Origin: Candidatus Jordarchaeales archaeon
Lineage (GTDB): Archaea; Asgardarchaeota; Jordiarchaeia; Jordiarchaeales; Freyrarchaeaceae
Length of the DNA stretch: 32,000 nt
Direction of reading: 5' to 3'
NCBI GenBank assembly: GCA_038858525.1
Contig: JAWCFL010000017.1
Coordinates: forward strand, 1-32,000
How positions within the stretch are numbered: position 1 is the first letter of the stretch; each line of letters begins with the position of its first letter. Below are positions 1-9,800 of this stretch, in pieces. The notes under the pieces were generated by a model, which saw only the letters and a program-made list of their open reading frames with translations, was not told where the DNA came from and did no database searches. The translations under genes were made by a program, and so were the position numbers.

Positions 1-1
1 C

Positions 2-766
2 GACTGGATTCCGAGCGATTTTAGCAGAATCGGCGGACTAATCTTAACGGAGAAAGAGCTGATGATCACGTTCAAGAAGGACGTTGAGCCTAAAGCGGAT
101 AAATGGGCTTCATTTAACGTAAACCTAACAAACATGACAGCCATAATTGATAGCAAAATTAGATGCTACGACCTGAAGAGTCTCTACCACATCCACAGAG
201 TCTATGAGGACAAGCGGAGGAGAATACAGAGGTTATCAAGGCTTAAGCCAGAAACATCCAAGAGGTTACTAAAGAAATATTCAAGGCGTGAGAGGAATAG
301 AGCCAAGGACTTCATGCATAAACTAACCACGCAGATTGCGAGGGAGCTCAAGGAGAAGAACTGCGGAGCAATACTTGAAAACCTGAAAGGTATAAAGAGG
401 CGAATTCTTAACGGCTCGAAAGACATGAGCCGAAAGCTCTCAAAGTGGAATGCCAGGACATTTCAATTCATGCTTGAATACAAGCTTAAATGGCTTAACC
501 TACCAGTAAATGTTGATCCTAAAAACTCCTCTAAAGTCTGCCCCCTGTGTTCAGGAAGCATGGCTTCCTATGGGGGCAGAATCATGAAATGCGAAAAATG
601 TAACGTGATCTTGGATAGAGACGCTACAGCTGTATTGAACCTTCAGATGCGGGGAGCCGGGTTCCCCCAAAGAGCCCCCAATGAGCTAATCGAGGGGGAA
701 GAGCTATGTATGTCTATAAAAGACTACGTAGCTCAGAACCCTCGCATCAAATACCCATCTAACTAG
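2..766 (+). mobile_element. tnpB: IS200/IS605-type TnpB (RNA-guided nuclease family), 5'-truncated by the window edge; RuvC-I Asp appears replaced by Asn
   Basis: The frame is open from base 2 (DWIPSDFSRIGGLILTEKEL precedes the Met at 62). Motifs: RuvC-II ILENLKGI, W...F..MLEYK, Zn ribbon SKVCPLC...KCEKC, RuvC-III LDRDATAVLNL. The RuvC-I strand reads ASFNVN (AAC at 116-118). Confidence 0.9.
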
Positions 767-964
767 CCCCTCCCCCCTATTGCGGATGAAACGATAGTTT
801 CACCTGCCACACCAACCATAATCCCAAAAACAAAAATAGACTCCCCCTTAACTCCGCCCAGAACTAGCTCACATTTTTTCTTTCTAGAAAAAAGTTAATG
901 AAAAAAGATAAGTTTTTAATTTTCTTTACATATAAGCCCCGGATAAAGGATTAAGTGTGTTTTA

Positions 965-1981
965 TTAGTTGATGTACTTTGCGAGTCTAGCTATTCTTTT
1001 CACTATGTTTGGATGAGTGCTGAAGGCTTCTATTATCCTGCTTTTTAACCCTATGGCTCCCTTTATTTTTTCTTTAAGTTGGAGTAGCTCGTAGGAGTCT
1101 ATCTTTCCATCGCCGTTAACATCCGCTTCCATCAGAACAAGTAGCTCTCTTGGAACACTATAAGAAGGTTTCACAGCGAGGAAAGCCTTAATGTACTCGA
1201 GCTTCTTAATTTCCTCCTCGCTGAGTCGCTCCTTCCTCGTAACATTGTAGCGTGCCAGCTTATAGAGAGCTGACGCCATCGCTTCAGGTTGACCCATAAG
1301 CTCGACGCTTCTAGCATCAGCATAGTATTCCCTAATCCTGCTCACGTAGAGGACCATGAGCTCCGTCACAAAGTACATTACTAGGGCTGCGAGTCCTATT
1401 ATGAAAGCGGCGGCACCTCTATCCCTACTCCCATATCCTGAGAAAAGCGTGGAGAGATAAATGTAGTAACAGATCAAAGGTATTACGCTCAGCATGGTTA
1501 TAATTAGCATGTCCCTGTGCTTTATGTGGCCAATCTCGTGTCCTATCACCGCTTCGAGTTCGTCGTCATCGAGTAGATTTAATAGCGGCTTAGTCACGCA
1601 GACGCGTGCATCACGCATGCTTCGCCCGTAGGCGAAGGCGTTTGGGATGCTGATGTCGGAAATACCTACACGCGGCATAGGTATCCCCGCCTTAGCTGCA
1701 ACTCTGGATACAATGTTGTGGAGACGTGGGTTTTCATATGGATCAACATACCTTACTCTCATAACAAAGTCAACCAATTTAGGACCAAGAATGTACTGGA
1801 ATCCCATAATGAATACTGCTACAGCCACGTAAATTATCGGGATGTTAATGTTCATGAAGTACATTACAGCGGCTATTAAAGCGTAGAAAAGTGCAAACAT
1901 TAAAGCGACGACCAGAAACATGCGGATTCTGAGACCCCATGTTCTCAAACACATCACCAAAGAATGGTTATGATAAATCAC
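965..1981 (-). CDS. htpX: HtpX-family (M48) membrane zinc metalloprotease; real start probably 1954 (ATG) or 1948 (TTG)
   Basis: PNAFAYG, HEIGH (HExxH), RIREYYAD and STHP motifs, with four hydrophobic helices. GGTGA SD lies just before 1954/1948. Confidence 0.93.
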   Translation of the reverse strand: MIYHNHSLVMCLRTWGLRIRMFLVVALMFALFYALIAAVMYFMNINIPIIYVAVAVFIMGFQYILGPKLVDFVMRVRYVDPYENPRLHNIVSRVAAKAGIPMPRVGISDISIPNAFAYGRSMRDARVCVTKPLLNLLDDDELEAVIGHEIGHIKHRDMLIITMLSVIPLICYYIYLSTLFSGYGSRDRGAAAFIIGLAALVMYFVTELMVLYVSRIREYYADARSVELMGQPEAMASALYKLARYNVTRKERLSEEEIKKLEYIKAFLAVKPSYSVPRELLVLMEADVNGDGKIDSYELLQLKEKIKGAIGLKSRIIEAFSTHPNIVKRIARLAKYIN

Positions 1982-2025
1982 TTTTTATTCTTTATCATCA
2001 TTCTATCATTCATATTATTTTATTT

Positions 2026-3582
2026 TCATGGAAGAGGCCAGACTTCGTAGCTTGGAGGGTATGAAACCGTAAACTTGTAGTTTATCTTAAGCTCCTGCTC
2101 AGGCTTCAGTTTGGCTTCCCACTTCAATATGCCCGTTTCGCTCCTCTCGCTTGGAGGTGGTGTAGATGATATGAGCTCAACGATAATTTCTGGATCTCGT
2201 GGCACCGGGATCCTGTCGTAGATAACTGCGTTTACCTCTTCCCCTAGGTGATTTCTGACCTTGATGGAGTATCCATAAGTTATAGTTGTTTTACCCTTTA
2301 CAACGCCTTTCTTTTCCTCCTCTCTAATTGTCATCTTCCTTTCACACTCAAGTCTCTCTTCCCAAGAGGCGGGCAATTCAATTGTTTGGCCCAAAGCCAT
2401 GTATGGTAGCTCAGACACCCCAACCATTGTGTCTCCCTTAAAAACTCTGCATACTCCTGGAGGAAGAGGGAAGCTTTCATTCTTGATTTTCACTAGCTCT
2501 ACAAATCCAGGCGACGTATAGGCGTCCCAAACATAGAATGTTTCAGCGTTCATGGAGAAGCGTTCAATCAGTAGCAGAGTAGGTCTCCCGGGTACGAAGG
2601 AACCCTTAGAGGATATTTGAAACGCAAGTCCCCCCTCGACAGCCTCAGCCCTCTTAAATGCTGGTGCTAACATCTCTTTCTCCACTGCCTCCACTTCTTC
2701 TTTCACTTCCTTTGGTTGCGCGCCCACCCCTTTAAATAAGGTTGCCGGCGAGGGGCTGGGTGTTGGCCTTACGGCATCTATGAACCACGGTTCCGGCTTC
2801 GGCTTCCAAGCTCTTAAAACAGCCCTGCCATGTATTACTGCGGTGACATTTTCCCAAGGAATCCCGACGTTTTGCATAATCTCCGCGTAAAAGTCAACGT
2901 TAGCCTCTTCTTTTCCCAGTGTGACATCGTAAACAGGCATCCATCCAGCGTCACGCACATCGTAATGTACGTTAAACTCGTATTTACCTCCACGTTCGCA
3001 TGAGACGGCAAGCTCTATTGCTCCCAGCTCCAGAGCCCTCTCTTTTTCACCCTCTAAAAGGACATTAAGTCTCTTTATTTCGTCCCCCAGAACACTTATT
3101 TCTCTTTCTTTCTTTATAATTTCAGAAACAATTTCTCTTCTTCTTCTCGATACCTCACTCAAGAAGTTGCTAAGTTTTTCTCCACCATCACCACTAAGAG
3201 CTACCGTGGAGAAAGCTTCAATACCTTTCTTCACAGCCCTATCAAGGGAGTCAATCAGTTTTCTTAGTCCCTCCACCTCTCCCTCAAGCAACTTGAGTTT
3301 GTCCTCAGCATCTCTTAGCCTCTCTAAAATGGTTTGTTTTTCTGCCTCAACTTCCTCAACACCAACAACCGCGCTCTTCACATTTACCCCTGTGACTGCA
3401 ACCCCCCGCTTAGAAAACACTCGCACAGAACCAGGTATTATCGTCGACTCCTTCTCTATTCCCTCAATTAAAAGCACAGCTGGGCCCTCGCCAAGCTCAA
3501 CAGTGAAATGTCTTTTAACTGTTGCGAAGTTCCTAAAAAAGGAAACCTCCTTTAACTCAGTCGACACTTTTTTAACTGCCAT
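2026..3582 (-). CDS. DUF4140/DUF4139 domain protein (MuiA-like) with central coiled coil
   Basis: N-terminal VSFFRNFATV..GIEKESTIIPGSVRV, heptad coiled coil, W.P.YD...A.I.QN.G..W motif, and C-terminal DRIPV...G.L.W...LKP..E.KI.Y.F.V.YP. Confidence 0.85.
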   Translation of the reverse strand: MAVKKVSTELKEVSFFRNFATVKRHFTVELGEGPAVLLIEGIEKESTIIPGSVRVFSKRGVAVTGVNVKSAVVGVEEVEAEKQTILERLRDAEDKLKLLEGEVEGLRKLIDSLDRAVKKGIEAFSTVALSGDGGEKLSNFLSEVSRRRREIVSEIIKKEREISVLGDEIKRLNVLLEGEKERALELGAIELAVSCERGGKYEFNVHYDVRDAGWMPVYDVTLGKEEANVDFYAEIMQNVGIPWENVTAVIHGRAVLRAWKPKPEPWFIDAVRPTPSPSPATLFKGVGAQPKEVKEEVEAVEKEMLAPAFKRAEAVEGGLAFQISSKGSFVPGRPTLLLIERFSMNAETFYVWDAYTSPGFVELVKIKNESFPLPPGVCRVFKGDTMVGVSELPYMALGQTIELPASWEERLECERKMTIREEEKKGVVKGKTTITYGYSIKVRNHLGEEVNAVIYDRIPVPRDPEIIVELISSTPPPSERSETGILKWEAKLKPEQELKINYKFTVSYPPSYEVWPLP

Positions 3583-3856
3583 AAAAACTCACCATGCCCA
3601 TATTAAATCAAAAAATAAAAGAAACTTACATATTATAATTTTTCTGAGAAAAATTTTCCTTTTTTCGAAATTGAAATGGCAGGCGAAATGACAAGTGAAT
3701 GTATTAGAAGTTTTTATATATTTCAAACAAATTTGTCTCGGTTAAATCTGTTCAAAAACGTTTTTTAAGTAAAGAGTAGCTAATAATTTCAGGGGAGGTA
3801 GTACTCGTAGCGTGTGTTCGGTGGGGGTACAAAAATAGCGAAGGACGGTAGAGGAA

Positions 3857-5356
3857 ATGTTGGAGCTTGTTAGCAAAGATTCTGGCGCTTCACGTAGAAT
3901 ATACATCGTTGACGCTCATCATCACTTAGGTGTAGATGTTGATGGTCAGAGTAACCGTAATCCTGCTGCTCCCGGAGGAACGTTTGATTTTTGCCTTAGG
4001 CTGGGAAGCCACTTATTAAAGGTTCTTTCCAATGAGAAGGTTGACCTTAAGTTTCAGCCTCATGGCTTTCTCAAAGAGTTGCTTGAGAGCGAAGAAAAAT
4101 GGCGGGAAACTCTTAACGGGACATGGGTAATAGACCAGACAGTAGTTTTCCCCTTTAATGACGAGTTTAAGTGGAAAGAGGGGGACGAAGGGAAAGCTAC
4201 TTATTGGAGGTCGAATGACAACGTTTACAGGTGGGTCTCTCGCGCCCCCTACTCTCTCAAACTAATAGGCTACTCACGCATGGTTCCACTTGAAGGAGAA
4301 GTTGCCATAAGAGAGCTTCACAGAAGCATTACGCAACTTGGTCTCAGAGGTGTAAAGCTTCACCCTCGCTCCGACGGATGGAGCAATGAAATAGACTCCG
4401 AACCTGTAGTTAACTTTCTTACGGAAGCAGCTAAGCTCGGGGTTCCCGTAATATTTGATACTCGTGGATTTAATCAGGTAGTTGACATAGCCTCAGCCAC
4501 CACAAAGGCGAGAACTAAGCTCGCAAAGATTGATAAAAGCCTAGCAAGACAACTTAAAGTAATAATTGCCCACATAGGCTTCCATCTGAGTTACGACGAA
4601 CTATACACGGTGCTAAGCCACCCCAACATTTACGGTGAAATTTCAGGCATACATAATGCCGGCATACGAAAACTCTTCGAGGAAGCACCACATAGACTGA
4701 AGGAGTCTCTGGGATTATACCGTTCATGGTCTGAGAAAATAATTTTTGGGACAGACTTTCCCTACTTCGACGTTCATCACGCTGTTCAGTTCATATCTTA
4801 CACGTTAAGCGAAGATTTTCCCGGAACAATTGAGGATGCGCAGCGAATCCTAGGAATTAACATCCTACGCCTGATACCTCCAAAGCTGAGATCTCTTCCT
4901 CAAAAGGCCGAATCGGTTCATGTGGACAAAACAGATCTTCCCACAGCAAAAAGGATGCTCGCATCTAAGATGGCAAAACTTTTCTCGGAAGGAAAATTGG
5001 ACATATCCTCCTTCGAGGTATTCCTCAGCCTTCCGCCTAGAGTGTCCGTGAGGGACGACTGTCTCCTGCTGGTTAAGGGCAAGAGGGGAAACGGTGATTA
5101 CTTCCCCTTCATAATACTCACAATGATGGGCCTTGGGGTTATAGCGCGTCTCGACTTTGATACATCCAGTTTTAAGCCGCTAATTAGCAGGGAGTTGGGA
5201 TTCGACGACTTCCCCCCGAGGCGACACCTTTACAACGTGCTGTGGCCAAATACCACCGAGAAAAATCAGTTAGAAATCGAGAAGAAAATATGCTTTCTTC
5301 TGAAACCTCTCTCAGGGAGTGAGGGAGAACCAGAGGAAAAGTTAAACGCAAGTTAA
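3857..5356 (+). CDS. Amidohydrolase_2-type TIM-barrel metallohydrolase with a C-terminal extension of unknown function
   Basis: DAHHH (HxH), GLRGVKLHP, AHIG and IFGTDFPY metal-ligand motifs are all intact. Confidence 0.85.
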   Translation: MLELVSKDSGASRRIYIVDAHHHLGVDVDGQSNRNPAAPGGTFDFCLRLGSHLLKVLSNEKVDLKFQPHGFLKELLESEEKWRETLNGTWVIDQTVVFPFNDEFKWKEGDEGKATYWRSNDNVYRWVSRAPYSLKLIGYSRMVPLEGEVAIRELHRSITQLGLRGVKLHPRSDGWSNEIDSEPVVNFLTEAAKLGVPVIFDTRGFNQVVDIASATTKARTKLAKIDKSLARQLKVIIAHIGFHLSYDELYTVLSHPNIYGEISGIHNAGIRKLFEEAPHRLKESLGLYRSWSEKIIFGTDFPYFDVHHAVQFISYTLSEDFPGTIEDAQRILGINILRLIPPKLRSLPQKAESVHVDKTDLPTAKRMLASKMAKLFSEGKLDISSFEVFLSLPPRVSVRDDCLLLVKGKRGNGDYFPFIILTMMGLGVIARLDFDTSSFKPLISRELGFDDFPPRRHLYNVLWPNTTEKNQLEIEKKICFLLKPLSGSEGEPEEKLNAS

Positions 5357-5404
5357 AACCGTTAGGTTAAATACTTGGTTTTTATATCATACAAAAGAGA
5401 GGGG

Positions 5405-6883
5405 ATGTTAATGCCTGATGAGAACCCCATTATTGACGCTGAGAAAAGCAAGGCGGAAGAAGGAGCAGTTAAACCCCTAAAAGCCGTCAAAAAAATGGTG
5501 AAGAAAAAGGAGGACGTAGAGCACAAAGTGAATAATGAAAAAAAAGAGGAAGAAGTTCTTAAAAAAATGTTTAAAGAGGCGGAGGAGGTTAAGACGGAGA
5601 AAGCCCCAAAGAAAACGCTTAGGGTCATGGTTGGAGAGGGCTTGTCCGGTTACGTTATTATCAACGATGCTGATGCCGGGGAACTTGGCGTCTACGAAGG
5701 AGCAATAGTTGAGTTCGAAGATCCCCTTTCTGGGGCAGGAGGCGTAGCCCTCGTACATCTGGACAAGAATGTCCCTGTAGGAACCGCTGTGATTGAGCCA
5801 GCCCTCAGTGAAGCGTGCGGCTTAGACGAGGGATTTGAAATAGACATGAAAAGGTTTGAAGGTTCACCACAAAAACTAACAAAAATCTCCTTTGGAATAG
5901 AGCCTCTTGAAGGAGAAGCAGAAGAAGCTATAAAGCGTGTTATGGACTCCAAGAAAGAGTTTCAAGACTGGCTCGATGGTAGGGTTATATTCAAAGATTG
6001 GGTTCTCAAAAATCCAAAGCTTAACGTCAACGTTTACATAGTTTCAACGGAGCCGCCCTTAACCGGAAGACAAGTTGGAATAATAAACTTTGCAGAAATA
6101 AAAGAGTATGAGATTAAGCCGTGGAGAGCAGCCGTACCGTTCAACGCTATCCTTCTGATAGACGTCTCAAGAAGCATGCTAACGGAAGACATGAAAGTCA
6201 CAAATATTGCTCCGGCAGTTGAAGCCATCAAAACTATAGGAGGAGAAGAAATACCGGAAGTCAAAGAGTTTCTGGAGCAGTTCCAAGAGGGAAAATCAAT
6301 TAAGAGAGTGGCAGGCGCGGTTTTTGCCGCTCTTCTATACTTAGTGGAGAAGGTGGGCAGAGGGTACGGCGAAAAAGTGGCCATAATAACGTACTCTGAA
6401 GATGCCGAGCCAATAACTTTCCTAATGACTGGAGGAATAAAGCTGCCATACTTCCACCCAGGAAAGAGTAAAATGGCAGGCGTTTCACAGCTTAGTAGGC
6501 TAATCATTGACCGGCTCAACAGAATCTCCAGTCAGCATACAAACATGTCGCAAGCCCTAATGAAAGCCCTAGAGCTGATTGAAATATGGAGCAAGGAAGA
6601 TGAAGAGAAAAAAATACCAACAATGGTTGTTCTCCTAAGTGATGGATTTCCTGACTTATGGGGTGAAGAAGGCCCACCTGTTCAGGTTGTACACGATCAT
6701 TTCTCCGGCAGGAACGACGTTGTAATCTACACTGTTGGCATTGGTGGAGATGTTCAGGAGAGAATAATGGAGGCTATTGCATCGAAAGGACGTGGCGTTT
6801 ACTTTAAGGCAGATGACCTAGGCGACCTGCTTAATTGGTATCAGCGGCTTGCACGCGACTTGGTAGTCCGGCTCGAAGTCTAG
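5405..6883 (+). CDS. Charged N-terminal tail + CDC48/p97 N-domain-like (double-psi barrel + CDC48_2) + VWA domain with intact MIDAS; no AAA domain
   Basis: VWA motifs ILLIDVSRSM (DxSxS), TNMSQAL, VLLSDG, IYTVGIG. Upstream YVIINDADAGELGVYEGAIVEF and VPVGTAVIEPALSEACGLDEGFEID resemble the double-psi barrel. Start moved from 5375 to ATG 5405/5411, behind a GAGGGG SD. Confidence 0.72.
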   Translation: MLMPDENPIIDAEKSKAEEGAVKPLKAVKKMVKKKEDVEHKVNNEKKEEEVLKKMFKEAEEVKTEKAPKKTLRVMVGEGLSGYVIINDADAGELGVYEGAIVEFEDPLSGAGGVALVHLDKNVPVGTAVIEPALSEACGLDEGFEIDMKRFEGSPQKLTKISFGIEPLEGEAEEAIKRVMDSKKEFQDWLDGRVIFKDWVLKNPKLNVNVYIVSTEPPLTGRQVGIINFAEIKEYEIKPWRAAVPFNAILLIDVSRSMLTEDMKVTNIAPAVEAIKTIGGEEIPEVKEFLEQFQEGKSIKRVAGAVFAALLYLVEKVGRGYGEKVAIITYSEDAEPITFLMTGGIKLPYFHPGKSKMAGVSQLSRLIIDRLNRISSQHTNMSQALMKALELIEIWSKEDEEKKIPTMVVLLSDGFPDLWGEEGPPVQVVHDHFSGRNDVVIYTVGIGGDVQERIMEAIASKGRGVYFKADDLGDLLNWYQRLARDLVVRLEV

Positions 6884-6893
6884 GAGCTGCGTT

Positions 6894-9800
6894 TTACGTT
6901 TTAGGCGTAAACGTAACCGTTATCAAGGAATTTTGGACTATCTTGCTTGGAATTTCCTTAAGTTCTCCTTTTACTTTTTCGAATAAAATTACGCCTAAGT
7001 AATAGGATTCTGCTTTATCAGGCTTCAGGATTTTCCACGTTAATGGCTCGTAAGATATTCTTTCTATTTTTCCTTTTGTAAGCGTGAGTTCGGCTGTTTT
7101 CCGCATGACGACCTTCTTGGTTTTCTTCTCAAATATAGCGAAAACTGCTCTGACTGGAAGAGTGTAGTCTGCGAAGCTTTGAACAGATGGTGATATTTTG
7201 AGTTCGAGTTCTTTTTCAACCTGAATGTACTCTGAGAGAGGCGGCGTACTGATATACGCCACTCTTATTGCTGGTCTCACGGCCTCGATTCTTATATGTC
7301 TCTCGTTGACCCATCCTACTTCTTCGCCCTTCTTAATTTCAATTTTTACTTTACACTCTTTGTCTGTTGCAAATAGGGGCGCTTTCACCGGTATTTTGAC
7401 GAGAACCTTGTCCTTGGCCTCTATTTTTACAGGTATCGTCTCCTGCAGGATTATAGTGTTGTTTGCAGCCTCTGTATATGTAAAGTCGAATGCTATTTGT
7501 GTGTTTAATTTATTCTCAAGCTGAATAATTGCGTCATGAAGCGCTCCAGGCGTCATGGTTTCGGGTATTTCATTTAAAAAGACACTTATGGCTTCCTTTA
7601 GGCGTACCACGTTAACATTCAGTTCGTCTTCCGCCAACTTCTCCCCGTTTCTCGTAAGGAAAGCTCTAACTGTAAACTTCTCAGCATCTCTCGGAATGTC
7701 TAAAGGCGGGATGTCAACCACGGAATCTATCATCGGTTCACTTAAAGGCACTTCCGCTGCTTTTTCTGTTCCTTTTTGAGTCACTTTTTCTATTATTAGA
7801 TTGCAGGGAATTAGGGCGCTGCTAAGCCCTCTTATCGCAACCTTTCCCGTGAGGGGTGATTCCGGCGTGACAGCATCAGGCATCGAAATAATTTTTAAGC
7901 TTACTTCTGGCCCCCTGAGCACCTTGAACTTTGCCGCCGTCTCAATGAGGTTTATAAGTTCGCCGTCATGAAAAACTTCAACAGATAAATACATAATGTC
8001 TTCGTCTTTTCCTCCCTTCAAAACGTCACTTGGAATGGTCCATTTAACAGGTATACTAGTTGTCACTCCCGGCTTGACCGACATATCAAGAATCTTTTTC
8101 TCAATATTGTTGGTTGTGGATTTCGCTTTTACAACAATACTGACGGGCGTTGGTGATAAGAGCTCGCTCGCGTCGACCATTACTGTTGTCTCTAGGGTTT
8201 CCCCTATGTTATACGTGGTTTTCGGGATCCGGCCAACCTCGACGGAAACCATCGCCCCCTGGAAGAAAACCCTAAAGTCCCTAGACCAGCCCTCTGAGAT
8301 CACTCTTCCACTCGAATCTATGAGCTGCGCCCTTATGGCGCATCTCGGACTAATCCACGAGCTGTATAGCCAAGGTTTCAGGACAAGTGGCTCTATTTCA
8401 ATCCAGCTCCCCTCAGTTTGCCCTTCTAACACAGCCTTCGCCCAGTCAAGCTTCGCAGTTTCTTCAGACATAGCGACGAAAAGAACTTGGTCACGTGCCC
8501 TTATGGGTTTAAGGTAAACGCCCCATGGCTTAACGTCACTCGTCACATAGTCAAGTTCACGTTTCTGATCCCTGTCAACGACGGCCACTCTCAGCGTCAA
8601 ATACATATCCTGCGGCGTGGTATTTTCGACGGCGACTATGAATGGTATTTCAGTTTCTCCGGTGACTATCACGCCGTCAACCTGCGCTATGAGGTCTGAT
8701 TTACAATTGACACGATAAACGGGTATAGCTAACTTATCGGTGGTGATGAGCTCGGAGGAGATCATGAGCTCAGCGCTTAAAGTATACTGCGAAATTCCTG
8801 CTTCTGTCTCGAATTCTACTTCGCCCACTCTCTTTTCGCCAGGCTCCAGCAAGTCTAATGCAAACTCCTCTTCAAGCACCTCTTCTCCGCTCTGACTCGT
8901 TACGATGCATCGTAAAGTGAGGTCTCTTAGCGGTTCATCTCCTTTGTTTTCTACAAACACCCGGCAAGTTACTGGTTGTCCTTCGAATACTACAGGGGTA
9001 TCCAGAGCTACTTCGAGTGAAACAGGAACCATGATGATCTCTTGGAGGTTTGGCGTGCCTGACAACGGGTCGCTCCAGATATTATTACAAGTCTGGTCTG
9101 CGATTATCTGAAGCTCCCTCGATAGGCTTTCAATGTCCTCTCCAAACTCAAAGAATTTTTCAAGCTGGTAGTCTGCTGTAGTCATTGGGGCGGTGACTTT
9201 CCCTGCAACATCACCGTAAACACTTACTAACAATGGGTTTAGATACTCTGACTTTAAGACCCCTAACTCTTCTAGTTCCTCCCTCAAAAAGAGGAACATG
9301 TTCTTGACGGCATCTACTAACCGCTTCACAGGCTCCTTGCCACCAGACTTGTGGTCAAAAAAGTACATGCGGGCAAAGTCAGGATGTCTCTTAACAATTA
9401 ATTCAAGATCCTTTGGCTTAAAGAAGGGCCCTGTAAGCCCCCACCTGATCGCTGACCTTCTGTTTTTGATTAGCGTCTCCGAGTCGATTTCAGGTATTTC
9501 TTCCTTCGTCTCGAGGAGTTTCTTAGCTTTAAGTGCTATTGCCTGAAGAAGAGCTGCGAGGGCTATTTTTCGTATCACGCTTATTTGGCAGTCGAAAAAT
9601 CTTGCCTCAACGGTGCCGTACTTCGTAAACGGGTACATGTCACACATTCTTGCAGGTGTTCGACCAATTGTTTTTTCGAAGAATTCCTCATCAAGAGACT
9701 TAAGATGGGGAATATAGTGCTGTGGGTCGTCTGGTCCAAGTTGCCGGACGTTAAGTTGTAACCGCACACTCCTAACGCATCCTGGAGCCTGAAGTTTTCC

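Noticed and set aside
3167-3691. 174-aa Ser-rich plus-strand ORF and the many similar short Ser/Phe-rich ORFs in the track (e.g. 7996-8517, 6034-6519, 22513-23166, 31286-31717)
   Set aside because: Each is antisense to a longer, motif-bearing gene. Their composition is what GAA/AAA/GAG-rich coding strands give when read in reverse.
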